NCBI GenBank assembly: GCA_022560555.1
Contig: JADFSZ010000040.1
Span: 1-11,263 of the forward strand
Reading direction: 5' to 3'
Source: PVC group bacterium
GTDB taxonomy: Bacteria > GCA-001730085 > JADFSZ01
DNA: 11,263 bases
The notes under the pieces were generated by a model. The model ran no database searches. It was not told where the DNA came from and saw only the letters and a list, made by a program, of their open reading frames with translations. This document shows positions 7,538-11,263 of the stretch, one piece after another. The first letter of the stretch is position 1; every line of letters begins with the position of its first letter. The translations under genes were made by a program, and so were the position numbers.

Positions 7538-8519
7538 CCACACTCAATTTCTTCATACAGTCATGGGTTTGAATCGGACATACCTTCTTAAAACAGGGCC
7601 GGCACTCAACATTCGTTTTTACGATCCGGCATTGATCCGTATTCGGACCGGTCAATTCATCTGACGTCGGGCCGAATAAAGCTACTATGGGGGTGCCCAA
7701 AGCGGCAGCTAAATGCATCGGGCCCGAATCATTCGTGACAAAAAGCCGGGATTTGGATACAAGAGTTATGAGCTCTTCCATCTTCAACGCTTTGGAGCCC
7801 AAAAAATTCACGGTCTTTTTCCCCATCCCATCATCAAGAAGATGCTGAATATGTTGATCTTCCGGGGCCCCGACAAATATGACCTTATGTGACACAAGAG
7901 CCACAATTCGATGGGCCAGTTCGATAAAAGATTGAATGGGCCAATTTTTGGTCACCCACCGTGAAGTCGGGCACAATAATATAATGTCTTTCCCTTTTTG
8001 ACAACCCTCCATCAAAAGCTTCTTTTCCAGGCCTTCCCAATTATTTTGCCGCGGGATATAAAAAGGCAGTTTATCCGGGGCCGCGTCCGAAACCAAGAGC
8101 CCGTATCGCTTTGCGGCATTGATCGGACGAGCGGACACATCAACTTTTCGGGTGTAAAACTTGGGGGCGCCTTCCCGGGCATTCGAAAAACCGACACGCT
8201 CTTTAGCCCCGCTCAAAAAGGCAATGAGTCCCGACAAAAACAATCCTTGGGCATCAATCACACGATCAAACCGTTCGCCCCGAAGCTGACGAATGAGGTG
8301 AATAAAATTTTTCAACCATAAAACCGGCGGCTGCTTTTTAGGTTTGCGCAGCAAAAATATTTTATCAATCGACGGGTTCCCTTTCAAGAACACTTCATAT
8401 TGAGGCTCAACCAGCCAGGAGACGGTCTCTTCGCCGTTTCTCTCCTTAATGATTTTTGCAAGCGGCGTCGCCTGGATAACATCTCCAAGCGAGCTGTATT
8501 TAATAATAAGTGTTTTCAT
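7497..8519 (-). CDS. Glycosyltransferase family 9 (ADP-heptose:LPS heptosyltransferase-like)
   Basis: 340 aa. N-terminal KYSSLGDVIQATPL, C-terminal NDSGPMHLAAALGTPIVALFGPT and the CRPC...C..H.CM cysteine motif are GT9 (WaaC/WaaF family) hallmarks. I cannot tell from sequence which heptosyltransferase it is. Confidence 0.85.
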   Translation of the reverse strand: MKTLIIKYSSLGDVIQATPLAKIIKERNGEETVSWLVEPQYEVFLKGNPSIDKIFLLRKPKKQPPVLWLKNFIHLIRQLRGERFDRVIDAQGLFLSGLIAFLSGAKERVGFSNAREGAPKFYTRKVDVSARPINAAKRYGLLVSDAAPDKLPFYIPRQNNWEGLEKKLLMEGCQKGKDIILLCPTSRWVTKNWPIQSFIELAHRIVALVSHKVIFVGAPEDQHIQHLLDDGMGKKTVNFLGSKALKMEELITLVSKSRLFVTNDSGPMHLAAALGTPIVALFGPTSDELTGPNTDQCRIVKTNVECRPCFKKVCPIQTHDCMKKLSVDDVFKACEIFLNN

Positions 8520-9597
8520 GACAAAATGTTTCCGTAATCACATTGACAATTTTCTCGGCGGCATTTGCGTCCCCGTAAAGCCGGGAAAACCTTTTGCCTT
8601 TTTTCACGTTTTTGACGCTCATGCGAATTTGATCCGTTTCCACCGGGACCAGTCGATTCCACTTCGTTTTTATGGTTTCGACCCATTCCGTTGAATCCCG
8701 AAGAGTTAAACACGGCACACCAAGCATATAAGCTTCCTTTTGCAGGCCTCCGGAATCCGTCACAACCATTTTCCCTCCGGATACCAGAGCCATAAAATCA
8801 ATGTACCCTAAGGGATCGATGCGTCGAAGTCTCGGGCCAAACTCCTTTAAAACGTTATCAAAAATGATTTCACTAAGAATATTTTTTGTCCGCGGATGCA
8901 CGGGAAATACAAACATTTCGCCTGACTGAGATAAGCCTTCAAGAATATTGCGCAGGTTCTTGCGTTTGTCAACATTTCCTTGGCGATGGATCGTAAGAAC
9001 GGAGTATCCTTTTTCTTTGAGCCCCCACTGATGGATTATGACGGGCTTACGTTCACGGACAACAGGTTCAAACCGGCAAAAAATGTCATACATCACATCC
9101 CCGACAAGATGGGTTTTCTTTGAAAATCCTTCCTGTTCTAAGTTTTTAACGGCTTGAGCTGTCGGAGCAAAAAGAAGCGTGGAGACACAATCAACAAGAA
9201 TGCGATTTACTTCTTCGGGCATACTTCGATCAAAAGATCGAAGACCCGCTTCCACATGGATCACCGGAATTTTATTTTGACTGGCAACAAGAGCTCCGGC
9301 CAGCGTCGAATTGGTATCTCCGTACACCAACACGGCATCAGGCTTCTCTTCCTGCATCACTTTATCCAGCTTCCGAACCATGAAACCGACTTGTTCGGCA
9401 TGAGTCCCCCCGGAGATCCCAAGATCATAATCCGGACGGGGAATATTCAATTCACGAAAAAATAATTCGGACATATTAAAATCAAAATGTTGTCCGGTAT
9501 GAACAAGACATTCCGAATGCTGTTTTCGGATCAAACCGGAAACAGCCGAAGCTTTGATAAATTGCGGCCGAGCTCCTAAAACGGTCATGATCTTCAT
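8500..9597 (-). CDS. wecB: UDP-N-acetylglucosamine 2-epimerase (non-hydrolysing)
   Basis: 365 aa. MKIMTVLGARPQFIKASAV..., HTGQHFD, VLVYGDTNSTLAGAL, HVEAGLRSFDRSMPEEVNR and DSGGLQKEA match the WecB/MnaA epimerase_2 family along the full length. SD AAGGAG (9612..9607) lies 9 nt before the ATG. The 3' end overlaps the GT9 start by 20 nt. Confidence 0.9.
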   Translation of the reverse strand: MKIMTVLGARPQFIKASAVSGLIRKQHSECLVHTGQHFDFNMSELFFRELNIPRPDYDLGISGGTHAEQVGFMVRKLDKVMQEEKPDAVLVYGDTNSTLAGALVASQNKIPVIHVEAGLRSFDRSMPEEVNRILVDCVSTLLFAPTAQAVKNLEQEGFSKKTHLVGDVMYDIFCRFEPVVRERKPVIIHQWGLKEKGYSVLTIHRQGNVDKRKNLRNILEGLSQSGEMFVFPVHPRTKNILSEIIFDNVLKEFGPRLRRIDPLGYIDFMALVSGGKMVVTDSGGLQKEAYMLGVPCLTLRDSTEWVETIKTKWNRLVPVETDQIRMSVKNVKKGKRFSRLYGDANAAEKIVNVITETFCHENTYY

Positions 9598-9612
9598 TGT
9601 TTCTCACTCCTT

Positions 9613-9639
9613 GAAACAAAAATGCGGCGTTTCCGCCGC
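9613..9639 (-). terminator. Intrinsic-terminator-like hairpin directly abutting the wecB ribosome-binding site
   Basis: The minus strand reads GCGGCG (9639..9634), GAAA, CGCCGC (9629..9624), then ATTTTTGTTTC (9623..9613), followed immediately by AAGGAG (9612..9607). The stem is 6 bp, all G-C, with a GNRA loop and a U-tract. Confidence 0.55.
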
Positions 9640-9656
9640 GATCCAAAGATTTTCCA

Positions 9657-9685
9657 CCACAGAGTTCACAGAGCACACAAAGAAA
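9657..9685. repeat. Left array of three tandem 9-mers (NNCACAGAG-like), inverted partner of 9812-9840
   Basis: The plus strand reads CCACAGAG TTCACAGAG CACACAAAG AAA. It aligns to the reverse complement of 9812-9840 with 23 of 29 identities. Confidence 0.75.
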
Positions 9686-9811
9686 AGCATTCAAAATATT
9701 TTCTTTCGGAAAAACTCGAAATGCCTCAAATAATATTGAATTCAATTCTTTGCTTTTACAATTGCAATTTTTTATTTTTTGAAATTTTTTTGGGGTTTAA
9801 TGAACCTTGAA

Positions 9812-9840
9812 TTTCTCTGTGATCTCCGTGTTCTCTGTGG
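9812..9840. repeat. Right array of three tandem 9-mers on the opposite strand
   Basis: The minus strand reads CCACAGAG AACACGGAG ATCACAGAG AAA. It begins 13 nt after the cNMP-binding gene's stop codon. Confidence 0.75.
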
Positions 9841-9853
9841 TTAATGGCAATAT

Positions 9854-10324
9854 CTACACCAGCCCCCAACTCACGTTATCTAAAAGCCGTTGATTGGTTT
9901 GTCGTATACGCCCGCACACCAAACGAGCCAGATTGCGCATCACAATATACCCGAATCGATGATCCGCTTCCAATAATGTCAAGAACTCCTCACGTTCAAT
10001 GATAATGAATTTCGAGGCTTTGGAGCATCGCGCCGTTGCCGATCGCGCCCCGGTATCAATTAACGCAAGTTCTCCGAAAACATCTCCCGGACACATCTTT
10101 CTGATCGGCACAAACTCTTCGGGGGAAATGAGCTCAATCTGTATCGCGACTTCTCCCTCCAGAACAATATACAGCTCTTTTCCTATACTTTGCTCAATGA
10201 ACACAATGTCATTTTCTTTTTTCTCACTCGTTTTACAAATGGACTCGACCTTCTCAATATCTTTATCGGTCAGGCCTTCGAAAATAGAAACTTTTTTTAA
10301 GAAATCCACCCGGGCTTTAGACAT
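9854..10324 (-). CDS. Stand-alone cyclic-nucleotide-binding (CAP effector) domain protein with no output domain
   Basis: 156 aa. The FEGL...beta-roll...FGELALIDTGARSATARC phosphate-binding cassette retains the conserved Glu and Arg-Ser-Ala, and a C-helix follows. There is no HTH or enzymatic domain. It starts 22 nt after the DUF502 stop with no obvious SD. Confidence 0.8.
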   Translation of the reverse strand: MSKARVDFLKKVSIFEGLTDKDIEKVESICKTSEKKENDIVFIEQSIGKELYIVLEGEVAIQIELISPEEFVPIRKMCPGDVFGELALIDTGARSATARCSKASKFIIIEREEFLTLLEADHRFGYIVMRNLARLVCGRIRQTNQRLLDNVSWGLV

Positions 10325-10346
10325 AATGACTATTTTTCATAAAGTG

Positions 10347-10961
10347 TTATTCATCAAATTTTTTCTCGGGGACAAGGATTCCTCCGGACACAACCATTTT
10401 CACGGCTTCTTCAACAGACCAATTCGTCAGGATGACTTTTTCCTGCGGGACAATCTCCATCATGCCGCTTGTCGGATTAGGCGTTGTGGGCACAAATACT
10501 TGATAATATTTATTCCCTTTGGAATCTTCGGAGCTCCCTGTAACAAACGCAACCACCCTCAAGCCGGGATGAGGATATTCAATCAGGACAACTTTTTTAT
10601 ACGTAATTGTGTCCTCCGGAGAAAAGGTGGTCATAAGCTGCTTCGATGAGCGGTATATCGTCCCGACAATCGGAGCCCGATAAATCATACGCTCAAAGTA
10701 GCTCAAAAAAGATTTCCCGATAACATTCCTCGTAATCATTCCGGCCAACCCAAGAAGGAGCAGCATAACGATCACACCGATTCCCGGAATCGGAATATTC
10801 ACATACTGATGAATGATAGGACTCAATCCATTCAAAAAATTAAAAATAAATTTCACAACGATAATCGTCGCGCCGAACGGAATCAGCACAATGATTCCCG
10901 TAATAATATTTTTTTTGATTCCTTGAAAAACTCTTTTCCAAAATTTCGGTTTTTCTTTCAT
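10347..10961 (-). CDS. DUF502 family membrane protein
   Basis: Hallmark VFVPTTPNPTSG motif plus IPGIGVIVMLLLLGLAGMITRNVIGK and RAPIVGTIYRSSKQL. I moved the start from the track's 11090 to ATG 10961 (MKEKPKFWKR...). That ATG has AAGGGA 9 nt upstream, and a consensus-like promoter lies inside the longer ORF. Confidence 0.8.
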   Translation of the reverse strand: MKEKPKFWKRVFQGIKKNIITGIIVLIPFGATIIVVKFIFNFLNGLSPIIHQYVNIPIPGIGVIVMLLLLGLAGMITRNVIGKSFLSYFERMIYRAPIVGTIYRSSKQLMTTFSPEDTITYKKVVLIEYPHPGLRVVAFVTGSSEDSKGNKYYQVFVPTTPNPTSGMMEIVPQEKVILTNWSVEEAVKMVVSGGILVPEKKFDE

Positions 10962-11003
10962 CGATCTTAATCCCTTGGCGGTATATACGTGAGAGAAGGA
11001 ACC

Positions 11004-11031
11004 ATTATAGCGAGACGGCTCAATTTTGCAA
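11004..11031 (-). promoter_or_regulatory. Near-consensus sigma70 promoter for the DUF502 / cNMP-binding operon
   Basis: The minus strand reads TTGCAA (11031..11026), a 16-nt spacer, then TATAAT (11009..11004). It lies about 45 nt upstream of ATG 10961 and downstream of the terminator at 11104-11148. Confidence 0.55.
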
Positions 11032-11103
11032 ACAAAACGCGGAGGTCTCTCATCAGGGAAATTTTTGAGATCAGAGGGAGAATGTATCAAATTTTAACTG
11101 TTT

Positions 11104-11148
11104 AAAATAAAAAAGCTTAGAGTGTATCCATTCCGGATCGCCCTAAGC
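11104..11148 (-). terminator. Rho-independent terminator of the partial upstream gene
   Basis: In the minus-strand RNA, GCUUAGGG (11148..11141) pairs with CUCUAAGC (11122..11115), giving 8 bp including one G-U. An inner AUCC/GGAU stem (11138..11135 with 11129..11126) adds 4 bp. The hairpin is followed by UUUUUUAUUUU. It starts 22 nt after the stop at 11170. Confidence 0.65.
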
Positions 11149-11169
11149 CAATAGAACATTGGTAAGTGT

Positions 11170-11262
11170 TTAGCGGATCACTTCCCGGTAGGTGTAATAT
11201 CCCGGATGGTAGTTGCCATCAATGTCATATCCTCCGGGCATCCACGTCCGTTCCTGAGCCCG
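11170..11262 (-). CDS. C-terminal 30 codons of an unidentified protein (gene continues past the window end)
   Basis: The reverse complement is open from the window edge: RAQERTWMPGGYDIDGNYHPGYYTYREVIR then TAA (11172..11170). A good terminator follows. The aromatic/Gly/Pro periodicity is reminiscent of short Y/W-x-P-G-Y/W repeats. Too short for a family call. Confidence 0.4.
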   Translation of the reverse strand, partial: RAQERTWMPGGYDIDGNYHPGYYTYREVIR

Positions 11263-11263
11263 G

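Noticed and set aside
4664-9465. Short nested or antisense track ORFs: 4664-4996, 5655-5846, 6164-6394, 6437-6646, 6757-7014, 6980-7204, 7422-7664, 7998-8321, 8012-8197, 8449-8694, 8516-8713 and 9154-9465
   Set aside because: Each lies inside a longer CDS with clear family motifs (MMPL, DUF3108, GT9, WecB). None has a recognisable domain or translation signals.
9482-9810. Track ORFs 9482-9745 (-) and 9622-9810 (+) in the wecB upstream region
   Set aside because: Their distinctive peptides (LCVLCELCG and HHRVHRAHKEKH) are simply translations of the tandem CACAGAG 9-mers. One overlaps the wecB 5' end out of frame, and neither has an RBS.
9657-9840. CRISPR array or classical MITE interpretation of the 9-mer repeat arms
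   Set aside because: The repeat units are only 9 bp, tandem without spacers and in inverted blocks, so this is not a CRISPR. I found no target-site duplication flanking the 9657/9840 ends. A MITE cannot be excluded without genome-wide copy counts, so it is kept only as an alternative within the finding.
9999-10649. 216-aa plus-strand ORF running antisense across both the cNMP-binding and DUF502 genes
   Set aside because: It is long for an AT-leaning window. However, it spans two independently well-supported minus-strand genes and their 22-nt spacer. The product is Ser/Phe/Ile-rich low-complexity sequence without motifs. There is no promoter or RBS at 9999. I treat it as a shadow ORF.
11049-11056. 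CUGAUGAG on the minus strand, the hammerhead ribozyme core motif
   Set aside because: A GAGAC/GTCTC pairing follows, but the obligatory GAAA after stem II and a properly placed cleavage triplet with stem I/III are absent. It is an isolated 8-mer match.
10962-11090. 43-codon N-terminal extension of the DUF502 ORF (track start at 11090)
   Set aside because: The extension contains a TTGCAA-N16-TATAAT promoter (11031..11004) and has no DUF502-like sequence. The internal ATG at 10961 has an AAGGGA RBS and starts directly at the conserved basic N-terminus plus first TM helix.

Overview
The window looks like a cell-envelope biogenesis neighbourhood from a moderately AT-rich diderm bacterium. I cannot assign a lineage from sequence alone. 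Nine of the ten coding regions are on the minus strand.

Gene order, left to right:
- partial aroE (1-300, -), found by hand because it runs off the window edge
- a GT-C/PMT_2-type membrane glycosyltransferase (397-1704, -)
- a very acidic 512-aa outer-membrane beta-barrel, alginate-export-like, with its own strong terminator (1868-3406, -)
- a 500-bp divergent control region
- a 924-aa MMPL/HpnN-like RND transporter, the only plus-strand gene (3909-6683, +)
- a tightly overlapping wecB > GT9 heptosyltransferase > secreted DUF3108 operon (9597 down to 6680, -)
- a DUF502 membrane protein > stand-alone cNMP-binding domain protein operon (10961 down to 9854, -)
- the last 30 codons of an unidentified gene (11170-11262, -)

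I saw no rRNA, tRNA, CRISPR array, transposase, integrase, or recognisable defence or toxin module.

The signals worth a second look are non-coding:
1. A perfect consensus sigma70 promoter lies about 300 nt upstream of the OMP gene. It implies a long structured leader that starts with a 27-bp palindrome.
2. A G9/C9 homopolymer sits exactly between a -35-like and a -10-like hexamer on the OMP strand. This is the geometry of a phase-variable promoter.
3. Two inverted arrays of three tandem 9-mers (NNCACAGAG) bracket an AT-rich core between the cNMP gene and wecB. Their two transition differences become G-U pairs only in the minus-strand RNA.
4. A GC-rich GAAA-tetraloop terminator hairpin directly abuts the wecB Shine-Dalgarno.

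The divergent OMP / MMPL / DUF3108 grouping could be an uncharacterised trans-envelope lipid or glycolipid export route. That is inference from gene context only. All family calls come from motif recognition by eye; no database searches were run.
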